A DNA stretch of 64,000 nt from Hyphomicrobiales bacterium (lineage in GTDB: Bacteria; Pseudomonadota; Alphaproteobacteria; Rhizobiales; Beijerinckiaceae). Location of the stretch: NCBI GenBank assembly GCA_028290405.1, contig JAQGJX010000089.1:12-64011 (forward strand). The letters are read 5' to 3'. Positions within the stretch are counted from its first letter, which is position 1; each line of letters starts with the position of its first letter. The notes under the pieces were generated by a model. That model was not told where the DNA came from. It saw nothing but the letters and a program-made list of their open reading frames with translations, and made no database searches. Below are positions 29,093 to 38,428 of this stretch, one piece after another. The position numbers and the translations under genes were made by a program.

Positions 29093-29123
29093 GTTCCGGT
29101 CGCTGCGCTTTCCACGGCGCTTT

Positions 29124-30059
29124 TCAGGCCTTGGCGGGCGCGCCCGGAACCGGCTTTCGCCGGCGTTCCGTGACGACCAGATACAGTGACGCGGCCATGA
29201 TGAGCCCCATGCCGGCGAAGCTCCAGGGGCCGGGCGTTTCGCCGAACAGCAGCCAGCCGAGCACGGCGGCGTAGATCACGCGGGCGTAGTCCAGTGGCGC
29301 CAGCGCCGTGGCGTCGCCCATGCTCAGCCCGTGGGTGATGAGAGCTTGCCCGCCCATCCCGGTGACGCCGATGAGCGCCAGCAGAGCCAGTTCATGGCCC
29401 GTTGGGGCGATCCACGTGAAAGCCGCCGGAAGCGCGGCGAAGAACGCGTTCCAGAAGGCGTAGTAGAACATGATGACGCGCGTGGATTCGCTCGTTTGCA
29501 GGTTCTTGATCGCAAGCATCACCAGGGCGGCGAACAGCCCGCCGAACGCGCCCACGATGGCGTTCGGGTCGAACCCCTCCGTGAAGGGGCGAGCGTACAG
29601 CAGGATGCCCGCGAAGCCCACCACCGCCACCGCGACCCGGCGGAAGCCCACGACCTCCGACAGGAAGCACAGCGCCAGCGGAATCATCCAGAGCGGCCGC
29701 GAGAATTGCAGAGCCAGCGAATCCGCCAGCATCATGTGCGTGATGGTCCAGAAGAAGCAGGCGTTGCCGCCAGCCCCGACCAGCCCGCGGAAGAAATGCG
29801 CGCCCGGACGCTTCGTGCGCAGCGGCTCCATCAGGTCCGCGCGAAACACCCACAGGGCGCAGATGAACCCGACCGCGGAGCGGAAGAACAGGATCTCGAA
29901 CGGCGGCAGCCTCTGGCCGAGGTATTTCGCAAGGGCGGCCATGAGCACGAGGCCGAAGGAGCCCAGCGACACGAGCGTGACCCCGCGCGCAATCAGCGGC
30001 ATGGCCGCCCAGCGCGCGTCGATGGGGGCGCGCAGCCGCGCGGACAGGGGAAGACTCAT
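29124..30059 (-). CDS. DMT/EamA family transporter
   Basis: FEILFFRS, two EamA repeats and LAPLDYARVIYAAVLGWLLFGETP; start MSLPLS at 30059. Confidence 0.9.
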   Translation of the reverse strand: MSLPLSARLRAPIDARWAAMPLIARGVTLVSLGSFGLVLMAALAKYLGQRLPPFEILFFRSAVGFICALWVFRADLMEPLRTKRPGAHFFRGLVGAGGNACFFWTITHMMLADSLALQFSRPLWMIPLALCFLSEVVGFRRVAVAVVGFAGILLYARPFTEGFDPNAIVGAFGGLFAALVMLAIKNLQTSESTRVIMFYYAFWNAFFAALPAAFTWIAPTGHELALLALIGVTGMGGQALITHGLSMGDATALAPLDYARVIYAAVLGWLLFGETPGPWSFAGMGLIMAASLYLVVTERRRKPVPGAPAKA

Positions 30060-30188
30060 GGCTTTTCCTCGAACGTGAGCCTTTATGCGCGTGCCCCAAA
30101 GGGGCGGCAAGAGCGTAAGCGGCAATCCGTGTGGGCCGCCGGAGCGTCCGTGGTAGCGTAGCGCGTTCAAGTCACCACGCGAGGGGCG

Positions 30189-30893
30189 ATGTCGAAGCGG
30201 AGCGCGATCTGGGGAGCCTGGGCGGTGCACGCCTTCACGGCGTCGGGCGCGGCGCTCGGCCTCATGGCGCTCGAGCGGGCGTTCGAGCGCGACTTCGTGG
30301 CGTGCTTCGCATGGCTGGCGGCGGCGTTGGCGGTGGACGGGATCGACGGGTCCTTCGCCCGCGCCCTCAGGGTCAAGGAGCGGCTGCCGCACATCGACGG
30401 CGACATCCTCGACTACGTCGTGGATTACCTCACCTACGTGATCGTGCCCGCGGTGGCGTTCCTGCGCTCGGACCTGGCCCCCGCATGGCTCGACACCCCG
30501 CTGGCGCTCGCCATCGCGGCGAGTTCGGCGATCTACTTCGGCGACGCGCGCATGAAAACCGCGGACCACTGGTTCCGGGGCTTTCCGGCGTTGTGGAACG
30601 TGCTGGTCTTTTATCTCATCGTGTTCGCGCCGCCCGCCTGGGCCTGCGCGGCGTTGATCGTGGCGGCCATCGCGGCCATGTTCGCCCCCATTGTATTCGT
30701 GCATCCCATGCGGGTGACGCGGCTTCGCGCCGTCACACTCGCGGCGTTGGGGCTGTGGGCGGCCAGCGCCGCGCTGGCGCTGGCGAGCGGAATGACCCAG
30801 AGCGGTATTGCCCGCGCGGGCCTGCTGGCCTCCGCCGCTTACTTTCTGGCGCTGCCCTGGCTGACGCGCCGGGGGCTCAAGCCGGCTCCTTAA
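30189..30893 (+). CDS. pcs: Phosphatidylcholine synthase
   Basis: VHAFTASG, DGIDGSFAR..VKERLPHIDGDILDYVVDYLTYV and FRGFPALWN motifs. Confidence 0.88.
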   Translation: MSKRSAIWGAWAVHAFTASGAALGLMALERAFERDFVACFAWLAAALAVDGIDGSFARALRVKERLPHIDGDILDYVVDYLTYVIVPAVAFLRSDLAPAWLDTPLALAIAASSAIYFGDARMKTADHWFRGFPALWNVLVFYLIVFAPPAWACAALIVAAIAAMFAPIVFVHPMRVTRLRAVTLAALGLWAASAALALASGMTQSGIARAGLLASAAYFLALPWLTRRGLKPAP

Positions 30894-32611
30894 GCGGCGG
30901 CGGGCGCGCGCGCCACGCGCTTGCGGGCGTCCTCCACCGAGCGCGCGTATTTCACCATGTGGCGGGTCAGCCCCGCCCGCAGCAGGGTGCGCACTACGGT
31001 CCGCGACGCGCCCGCCACGAACACCTGCGCGCCGCTCTTGCGCGCCTTTCTGGCGAACGACATCAGCGTCTGCGCGCCGGTCTCGTCCGCCAGCGGCACG
31101 CGCGAGAGGTCGAGGACGTAGGCGCGCGGCGGCGTATCGATCTGCTCGATCACCGCCGCGATCTGGCTCGCCGCGCCGAAGAAGAACGGTCCCGCGATGC
31201 GGTAGACGATGACGTCTCGCTCCATCCCCTCATAGGGCCCGCGCCCGTCGATCGAGTCGGGCTGGTCGGTCTCGATCAGCGGCTGGTGGGCGGTCACTTC
31301 CACCATCTGCGCCATGCGGTGCATGAACAGGATGGCGCCCATCACGACGCCGACCGCGATGCCCTCGGTGAGGTCGCGCAGCACGGTGAGCGCGAAGGTG
31401 GCGAACAGCACGGCGGCCTCGCCCCGGTCCGCCCGCACGATGGCGGCGATATGCGCGTGCTCCACCATGTTCCACGCCACGATGGCCAGCACGGCGGCCA
31501 GCGACGCCAGCGGGATCCAGGACGCCAGTGGCGCCGCGAGCAACATGAAGCTCAGCAGGAAGACCGCGTGCAGCATGCCCGAGACTGGCCCGTGGCCGTT
31601 GGCCCGCACGTTGGTGGCGGTGCGCGCGATGGTGCCGGTGACGCACATGCCGCCGAAGAGGGCGCTGCCGATGTTGGCCCAGCCCTGCGCCACAAGCTCG
31701 CAATTGGAGCGATGCCGCCGCCCGGTCATGCCGTCCGCCACCACGGCCGAGAGAAGCGATTCGATGCCGCCCAGAAGCGCGATGGCGATGGCGGCCGGGA
31801 TCAGGTCCGCCAGCGCCGCAAAGCCCACGTCCGGCAGGCCTGGGGCCGGCAGGCTGCGCGGAATGCCGCCGAACTTGCTCCCGATGGTCTCGATGGGCAG
31901 CCCCAGCGCAAAGGTCAGCGCCGCGCCCAGCGCCACGGCGGCCAGCATGCCGGGAAAGCGCGGCGCGATGCGGCGCAACACGAGGATGACCGCGAGGCTC
32001 GCCATCCCCACCACCGCCGCCGGCCAGTTGATCGTGCCCAGCGCGCCCCAGAGCGCCGGGATTTTCTGCAACAGCGGCCCGGGCTCCTGGGCCAGCGTCA
32101 GCCCGAGGAAATCCTTGATCTCGCCCGAGAAGATGATGACCCCGATGCCCGCCGTGAAGCCCACCGTCACCGAGTGCGGGATATACTTGATGTACGTGCC
32201 CAGCCGCATGTAGCCGATGGCCAGCAGCACCAGGCCCGCCATGATGGTCGCGGCGAGAAAGCCTTGGTAGCCGTGCTTTTCGATGGTGGCCGCCACCAGC
32301 ACGATGAAGGCGCCCGCCGGACCGCCGATCTGGAACCGGCTGCCCCCGAGGGCCGACACGAGGAAGCCCCCGACCACCGCTGCGATGAGCCCGTGCTCGG
32401 GCTTCGCGCCCGAGCCGATGGCGATTGCCATGGAGAGCGGCAGGGCGACGATGGCGACCGTGAGGCCCGCCAGCGCGTCCGCCTTCAGGTGCGCCAGCGT
32501 GTAGCCCTCCCGCAGCACGGTGACGAGCTTCGGGGTGAACATGTCGGCGAACCCGGCGCTGGGCCGGGCAGGGCGGGGCGCGGGGGCGCGGAGGCTGGCG
32601 GCGTCGGTCAT
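30890..32611 (-). CDS. SulP family inorganic anion transporter with STAS domain
   Basis: DALAGLTVAIVALPLSMAIAI, GGSRFQIGGPAGAF, ELVAQG and a C-terminal STAS (YRIAGPFFFGAA). Confidence 0.94.
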   Translation of the reverse strand: MTDAASLRAPAPRPARPSAGFADMFTPKLVTVLREGYTLAHLKADALAGLTVAIVALPLSMAIAIGSGAKPEHGLIAAVVGGFLVSALGGSRFQIGGPAGAFIVLVAATIEKHGYQGFLAATIMAGLVLLAIGYMRLGTYIKYIPHSVTVGFTAGIGVIIFSGEIKDFLGLTLAQEPGPLLQKIPALWGALGTINWPAAVVGMASLAVILVLRRIAPRFPGMLAAVALGAALTFALGLPIETIGSKFGGIPRSLPAPGLPDVGFAALADLIPAAIAIALLGGIESLLSAVVADGMTGRRHRSNCELVAQGWANIGSALFGGMCVTGTIARTATNVRANGHGPVSGMLHAVFLLSFMLLAAPLASWIPLASLAAVLAIVAWNMVEHAHIAAIVRADRGEAAVLFATFALTVLRDLTEGIAVGVVMGAILFMHRMAQMVEVTAHQPLIETDQPDSIDGRGPYEGMERDVIVYRIAGPFFFGAASQIAAVIEQIDTPPRAYVLDLSRVPLADETGAQTLMSFARKARKSGAQVFVAGASRTVVRTLLRAGLTRHMVKYARSVEDARKRVARAPAAA

Positions 32612-32753
32612 TGGGCTATATTGGCCTGCTGCGACTCAAAGCGCAGAGTCGGTGAATTACAAACCCACCGTGGCGCCATCGCAACGGGTAAGCTATGCGC
32701 TGGCGCAAAGAAGCGCATTCGGGTTTCCGGGCGCAGGCAGGAGAGGGCGGATC

Positions 32754-33725
32754 ATGGTCAAGGCAGTCGTCATTCACGAAACCGGCGGGCCGGAGGTGAT
32801 GCGCATCGAGGACGTGCCGGTGGGCGCGCCGGGCGCCGGGCAGGTGCGGGTGCGCAACCACGCCATCGGGCTGAACTTCATCGACACCTATTTCCGCGCC
32901 GGCGCCTACAAGGCCCAGACCCCCTTCGTGCTGGGCAACGAGGGCGCGGGCGAGATCGTGGAGCTTGGTCCCGACGTGCAGGGGTTCAAGGTCGGCGACC
33001 GCGTCGGCTACACGTCCACCCTCGGCTCCTACGCCGAAGAGCGCCTGATCGAGGCGCGCCTGCTGGTGAAGCTGCCTGACGCCATCACCTACGAGATGGC
33101 CGCCGGGATGATGCTGAAGGGCCTCACGGCCCAATACCTGCTGCGCCGCACCTTCCCGGTGAAGGCGGGCGACACGATTCTGGTGCATGCGGCGGCGGGC
33201 GGCGTGGGGCAATTGCTCTGCCAATGGGGCGCCGCGCTGGGCGCGACCGTGATCGGCACGGCGGGCTCGCCCGAGAAGGCGGAGATCGCCAGGGCGGCGG
33301 GCGCCCATCATGTCATCCTCTACAACCAGGAGGATTTCGCCGCGCGCGTGAAGGAGATCACCGGCGGAAAGCTCTGCGACGTGGTCTACGACGGCGTCGG
33401 CAAGGCCACCTTCGCGGGCTCGCTCGACTGCATCCGCCCGCTCGGCATGTTCGTGTCCTACGGGTCGGCCTCGGGCCAGGTGGAGGCGTTCAACCTCACC
33501 CTGCTCAGCCAGAAAGGTTCGCTCTTCTGCACGCGCCCCACGCTCTACACCTACATCGCCAAGCGCGAGGACCTCGACGCCATGGCGGCGGACCTGTTCG
33601 CCGTGGTGTCGTCCGGCAAGGTGAAAATCCCCGTGAACCGCACCTTCCGGCTCGACCAGATCGTCGAGGCGCACAAGACCCTGGAGGGCCGGGAGACGAC
33701 CGGCTCCACGGTCATCATCCCCTGA
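32754..33725 (+). CDS. qor: NADPH:quinone oxidoreductase (zeta-crystallin/MDR family)
   Basis: HAIGLNFIDTYFRAG, LVHAAAGGVG, VVYDGVGK and TTGSTV; start MVKAVV at 32754. Confidence 0.92.
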   Translation: MVKAVVIHETGGPEVMRIEDVPVGAPGAGQVRVRNHAIGLNFIDTYFRAGAYKAQTPFVLGNEGAGEIVELGPDVQGFKVGDRVGYTSTLGSYAEERLIEARLLVKLPDAITYEMAAGMMLKGLTAQYLLRRTFPVKAGDTILVHAAAGGVGQLLCQWGAALGATVIGTAGSPEKAEIARAAGAHHVILYNQEDFAARVKEITGGKLCDVVYDGVGKATFAGSLDCIRPLGMFVSYGSASGQVEAFNLTLLSQKGSLFCTRPTLYTYIAKREDLDAMAADLFAVVSSGKVKIPVNRTFRLDQIVEAHKTLEGRETTGSTVIIP

Positions 33726-33821
33726 GGGCGAAAGGGTGACGCTGCGGCAGCGTCCAAGTCTTTGACTAAAAGCCTAATTCGCCGCCTCGAAATGAGGCGG
33801 CGACTCGGCTACGATCGCAAC

Positions 33822-33912
33822 GCTGCGGTGAGAGGTCCTCCCCCTCAACTTCATCGAGGCCGCCTGAACCCGCCCGGCCACGTTGCGTTCAACTCGGCCG
33901 GGTTTTCTTTTT
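33822..33912 (+). ncRNA. Candidate trans-acting sRNA with anti-SD motif (suhB/alpha-r8 MmgR-like or cuckoo-like)
   Basis: TCCTCCCCCTCAACTT motif, then GGCCGC, then terminator cccggcc..ggccggg-ttttcttttt that is not at the end of any CDS. The 5' end is estimated from a TACGAT -10. Confidence 0.55.
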
Positions 33913-33926
33913 GGCCCGGCGCCGCC

Positions 33927-34346
33927 TCACGTCCATGGCGCGTATTGTCCGTTGTCGAAGATGCGCCATGACTTCAGGCCCGACTTGGCGACCACCGTGC
34001 GGCCCTCCTTCGCCTTGCTGACGAGGAACTTGAACACCAGCGCGTTGGTGCGCCACGCCATTGGCGTCGAGGGGTCCACCACGGCCTGGTACTCGTCGGA
34101 GTCCGCGTCTTCCTGCAGGATGACGTTCGTGCGGTCCGGCCGCAGGAGCGGACCCATGGAGCGCTCCATCATCCAGTCGCACTCGTAGTCCCGGCACACG
34201 TCCGGGCGGGTCTCGTAGATGGTGCAGCCGGTCTTGTTGGCGCAATGCTGGCAGAGGATTCCGGCGTCCTTCTTGAAATGGTCGATGACCAGCACCTTGC
34301 AGCACATGGTGCAGGAGCCGCAGCTCTTGCCGGGGATGGTGGCCAT
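33927..34346 (-). CDS. Cysteine-cluster protein (CxxCxxCC, YkgJ-like)
   Basis: SCGSCTMCCK..LCQHC...GCTIYETRPDVCRDYECDW. Confidence 0.8.
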   Translation of the reverse strand: MATIPGKSCGSCTMCCKVLVIDHFKKDAGILCQHCANKTGCTIYETRPDVCRDYECDWMMERSMGPLLRPDRTNVILQEDADSDEYQAVVDPSTPMAWRTNALVFKFLVSKAKEGRTVVAKSGLKSWRIFDNGQYAPWT

Positions 34347-34525
34347 GGTGTCGTCCTCTGCCGGGCGGGCGAATCGCGCGTTGCGACCGGGTTAAACAAT
34401 GGTGGTCCGCCTGTCATGGCGCGTGCAACCGGCCGGGCGGGCTGTGCACACCCTTGGGGCCGCGCACTTGACACCCCTGCGCGCGGGTGCGACTCGCAGC
34501 CCCGATTTCAGGCGGGGATAAGGTC

Positions 34526-35479
34526 ATGGCGCGCGCGTTCATCTTTCCGGGGCAGGGCTCCCAGGCGGTCGGCATGGGCAAGGCGCTCGCGGACGCCTTT
34601 CCGGCGGCTCGCGCCGTCTACGCCGAAGTGGACGACGCCCTGGGGCAGAACCTCTCCGGACTCATGTTCGAGGGCCCGGAGGCCGAGTTGACGCTCACCT
34701 CCAACGCCCAGCCCGCCCTGATGGCCGTCAGCCTCGCGGTCGTGCGCGTGCTGGAGGCGGAGGCGGGGCTGGATCTGGCCACGGAGGCGGCGTTCGTCGC
34801 CGGGCATTCGCTGGGCGAATATTCCGCGCTCGCCGCCGCCGGGGCGTTCACGCTGGGCGACACGGCCCGCCTGCTGCGCTTGCGCGGCGACGCCATGCAG
34901 AAGGCCGTGCCGGTGGGCGAGGGCGCTATGGCGGCCCTGCTGGGGCTCGACCTTGAGTCGGCCCGCGAGGCGTGCGCTGAGGCCGCGGCCGAAACCGGCC
35001 TCGTGTGCCAGATCGCCAACGACAACGGCGGCGGCCAGGTGGTGGCCTCCGGCGCCAAGGCGGCCGTGGACCGCGCCATCGAGATCGCCAAGGCGCGCGG
35101 CGCCAAGCGCGGCATCCTGCTGCCCGTGTCGGCGCCCTTCCATTGCGCCCTGATGCAGCCCGCCGCGGAGGCGATGGCGCAGGCGCTGGCCAGTGTGACG
35201 ATCCGCAAGCCCAAGGCGCCGCTTGTGGCCAACGTGCTCGCGGTGGCCATCGACGACCCCGAGGAGATCCGCGCACGGCTCGTGGAGCAGGTGACCGGCA
35301 CCGTGCGCTGGGCCGAGTCCATCGCCTGGATGGCCGCGAACGGCGTTGATTCATTCTATGAACTTGGCGCAGGCAAGGTGCTGTCCGGCCTCGTGAAGCG
35401 CATCGTCTCCGACGCCACGGGCACCCCCGTCGGGGCGCCCGCCGACGTGGAGCTCTTCAAGCAGCGCGCGAAGGCGTGA
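34526..35479 (+). CDS. fabD: Malonyl-CoA:ACP transacylase
   Basis: FIFPGQGSQ, GHSLGEYSAL and PVSAPFHCALM. Confidence 0.96.
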   Translation: MARAFIFPGQGSQAVGMGKALADAFPAARAVYAEVDDALGQNLSGLMFEGPEAELTLTSNAQPALMAVSLAVVRVLEAEAGLDLATEAAFVAGHSLGEYSALAAAGAFTLGDTARLLRLRGDAMQKAVPVGEGAMAALLGLDLESAREACAEAAAETGLVCQIANDNGGGQVVASGAKAAVDRAIEIAKARGAKRGILLPVSAPFHCALMQPAAEAMAQALASVTIRKPKAPLVANVLAVAIDDPEEIRARLVEQVTGTVRWAESIAWMAANGVDSFYELGAGKVLSGLVKRIVSDATGTPVGAPADVELFKQRAKA

Positions 35480-35529
35480 CGCGCTGAATCGTTTTAGCGA
35501 CTTTTGCCTCTATCACCTTGGAGACGCAC

Positions 35530-36267
35530 ATGTTTGACCTTACTGGCCTGACCGCCCTCGTGACCGGCGCCACCGGCGGGCTGGGGGGCGCCATCGCCCG
35601 TTCCCTGCATGAGCGCGGCGCCGTGGTGACTCTGTCGGGCACCCGCGCGCAGGCGCTGGAGGAGCTGGCGGGCGAGCTGGGCGAGCGCGTGCACATCGTG
35701 CCCTGCAACCTTGGCGACAAGGATCAGGTTGAGGCGCTGGTGCCCCACGCCGAGAAGGCCATGGGGCAGCTCGACATTCTCGTGAACAACGCGGGCATCA
35801 CCCGCGACGGCCTGTTCATGCGCATGAAGGACGAGGACTGGGACCAGGTGCTGGCGGTGAACCTCACGTCGGCGTTCCGCCTGTCGCGGGCCTGCATGCG
35901 GGGCATGATGAAGCGCCGCTTCGGCCGCATCGTCTCCATCACGTCCATCGTGGGCGTCACCGGCAACCCCGGCCAGGGCAATTACGCCGCCTCCAAGGCC
36001 GGCATGATCGGCATGTCGAAGTCGCTGGCGGCGGAAGTCGCCAGCCGCAACATCACCGTGAACTGCGTGGCGCCCGGCTTCATCGCCAGCCCCATGACGG
36101 ACGCGCTGAATGAGAAGCAGAAAGAGGCCATCATGGGCACGATTCCAGCCGGCCGGCTGGGCGAGGGCGCGGACGTGGCCGCAGCCGTGGTCTACCTTGC
36201 GAGCCGCGAGGCCGGATACGTCACCGGACAGACCTTGCACGTGAACGGCGGAATGGCGATGATCTGA
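35530..36267 (+). CDS. fabG: 3-oxoacyl-ACP reductase
   Basis: VTGATGGLG, NNAGITRD and GNPGQGNYAASKAG. Confidence 0.96.
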   Translation: MFDLTGLTALVTGATGGLGGAIARSLHERGAVVTLSGTRAQALEELAGELGERVHIVPCNLGDKDQVEALVPHAEKAMGQLDILVNNAGITRDGLFMRMKDEDWDQVLAVNLTSAFRLSRACMRGMMKRRFGRIVSITSIVGVTGNPGQGNYAASKAGMIGMSKSLAAEVASRNITVNCVAPGFIASPMTDALNEKQKEAIMGTIPAGRLGEGADVAAAVVYLASREAGYVTGQTLHVNGGMAMI

Positions 36268-36527
36268 GAAGGTTCCCAAGCCACTCTCCCGGCGGCCTCG
36301 CCTCTCGCCATCAATTCTGAAGTATGCTACGAGGCGCGAAATCTGCAGGGGAAGCGGGTACTGGAAGCGAGAGATGCGCCGGGGCGATCCTGGCGAATCC
36401 GATCCGGTCCCTCGGACATTGGGATTGTGAGTTTGGGGGTCGCCGCAGGCGGTCTGGCGGGGCGCATTGAGGCGCCCGGTCCAATCGCCCGGTCGGCTCA
36501 CGATCGACGGTAACAGGGAAAATCAAG

Positions 36528-36767
36528 ATGAGCGATGTGGCCGAGCGGGTTAAGAAGATCGTTATTGAACATCTCGGCGTTGACGCCGACAAGGTCGTCG
36601 AAGGCGCCAATTTCATCGACGACCTCGGCGCCGACTCGCTCGACACCGTTGAGCTGGTGATGGCGTTCGAAGAAGAGTTCGGCGTGGAGATTCCGGACGA
36701 TTCGGCCGAGACCATCACGACCGTCGGCGACGCCGTGAAGTTCCTCGAGAAGGCTTCCGCGGCCTGA
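36528..36767 (+). CDS. acpP: Acyl carrier protein
   Basis: [20 protein letters not shown]. Confidence 0.97.
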   Translation: MSDVAERVKKIVIEHLGVDADKVVEGANFIDDLGADSLDTVELVMAFEEEFGVEIPDDSAETITTVGDAVKFLEKASAA

Positions 36768-36966
36768 GCCGCACAGTCCTCCGCATGACATTGAATCGCG
36801 GGCGTCGCCCCGCGTGCGAGGTTGAGGGCCGGATTTCCGGCCCTCGGCGCGTCTGGGGCGTTGGCCTCCAAAATTGGCGCGTTGCAATTAGGGCTGGCGC
36901 CTTTAGTCCTTACACGGCGCGCGGCGTCTGCGTGACGAAGTCGGGGCACATGACTGGAGAATGCGC

Positions 36967-38229
36967 GTGAGAAGGGTTGTCGTCACCGGAATCGGCATGG
37001 TCTCCCCGCTGGCGGGGTCGGCCGAGGAGACCTGGTCCAGGCTTCTCGCGGGCCAAAGCGGCGCTGGCCGCATCGAGAATTTCGAAGTTTCGGACCTTCC
37101 CTGCCAGATCGCCTGCCAGGTTCCCCGCGGCGACGGTTCCGCCGGCACTTGGAACGCCGACGCCTGGATGGAGCCCAAGGAGCAGCGCAAGGTCGATGAT
37201 TTCATCATCTTCGCGGTGAGCGCTGCCACGCAGGCGCTGGCCGACGCGGGCTGGGCGCCCAAGACGCCCGACGAACAGAATTCCACCGGCGTGCTGATCG
37301 GCTCCGGCATCGGCGGCCTTGGGGGCATCTACGAGGCCTCCCTGGTGCTGAAGGAGCGCGGCCCGCGCCGCCTCTCGCCCTTCTTCGTGCCCGGACGCCT
37401 CATCAACCTGGCCTCGGGCCACGTGTCGATCATGCACGGGCTGAAGGGCCCGAATCATTCCGTCGTGACCGCGTGCTCCACCGGCGCCCATGCGCTGGGC
37501 GACGCGGGCCGCCTCATCGCGCTGGGCGATGCGGACGTGATGGTCGCGGGCGGCGCCGAGTCGGCCGTCAACCGGCTTGGCATGGCGGGCTTCGCCGCCT
37601 GCCGCGCGCTATCCACAGGTTTCAACGACGCGCCCCAAAAGGGCTCGCGCCCCTACGACAAGGACCGCGACGGCTTCGTCATGGGCGAGGGCGCCGGCTG
37701 CGTCGTGCTGGAGGAATACGAACACGCCAAGGCGCGCGGCGCCAAGATCTACGGCGAACTTATCGGCTACGGCATGTCGGGCGACGCCTACCACATCACC
37801 GCCCCGGCGGAGGACGGCGACGGCGCCTTCCGCTGCATGAGCGCGGCCATCAAGCGCGCGGGCGTGTCGGCCTCCGACCTCGATTACATCAACGCCCACG
37901 GCACCTCGACCCCGCTGGGCGACGAGATCGAGCTTGGCGCCGTGCAGCGCGTGGTCGGCAATGCGGCCGCCACGGTCTCCATGTCGTCCACCAAGTCCGC
38001 CATCGGCCACCTTCTGGGGGCGGCGGGCGCGGTGGAGGCGATCTTCTCGCTGCTGGCGATCCGCGACAACGTGGCCCCGCCCACGCTGAACCTCGACAAC
38101 CCTTCAGTCCAGACCGTGATCGACCTCGTGCCGCACACGCCCCGCAAGCGCGAGATCAACACGGTCCTGTCGAACTCCTTCGGGTTCGGCGGCACGAACG
38201 CTTCGCTGGTGTTCCGGCGGGCGAGCTGA
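36967..38229 (+). CDS. fabF: 3-oxoacyl-ACP synthase II (GTG start; alternative ATG 36961)
   Basis: RRVVVTGIG, TACSTG, YINAHGTSTPLGD, GHLLGAAG and SNSFGFGGTN. Confidence 0.96.
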   Translation: MRRVVVTGIGMVSPLAGSAEETWSRLLAGQSGAGRIENFEVSDLPCQIACQVPRGDGSAGTWNADAWMEPKEQRKVDDFIIFAVSAATQALADAGWAPKTPDEQNSTGVLIGSGIGGLGGIYEASLVLKERGPRRLSPFFVPGRLINLASGHVSIMHGLKGPNHSVVTACSTGAHALGDAGRLIALGDADVMVAGGAESAVNRLGMAGFAACRALSTGFNDAPQKGSRPYDKDRDGFVMGEGAGCVVLEEYEHAKARGAKIYGELIGYGMSGDAYHITAPAEDGDGAFRCMSAAIKRAGVSASDLDYINAHGTSTPLGDEIELGAVQRVVGNAAATVSMSSTKSAIGHLLGAAGAVEAIFSLLAIRDNVAPPTLNLDNPSVQTVIDLVPHTPRKREINTVLSNSFGFGGTNASLVFRRAS

Positions 38230-38428
38230 TCCGCGCCGTCCGGCGCTGGCCGATCGCCCGAAGTCGTTCAAGATTGTGGGTTAACCAGATTTCGCCATAA
38301 TGAAGGTTAGGGTAGGGTTGGCGCGTTCGCGTCCAGATTGCGCCGGGGTGTTTGTCCCGGCGTTCCAGTTCAGCGGAAGTCGAAGGCTGGTTGGCCATCG
38401 AGTCGATCTCCGAACGTCAGAGTGAGGA

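Noticed and set aside
28927-29115. 62-aa minus-strand ORF as the target of the twin LexA boxes
   Set aside because: It starts upstream of and spans the boxes, has no RBS, and overlaps a better-supported gene on the opposite strand.
30131-33079. 982-aa plus-strand ORF
   Set aside because: Arg/Gly/Ala-rich shadow frame over pcs, sulP and qor, typical of high-GC DNA; no domain motifs.
38279-38310. CtrA box upstream of mltG
   Set aside because: Only a single GGTTAACC half-site; no partner at N7 spacing.
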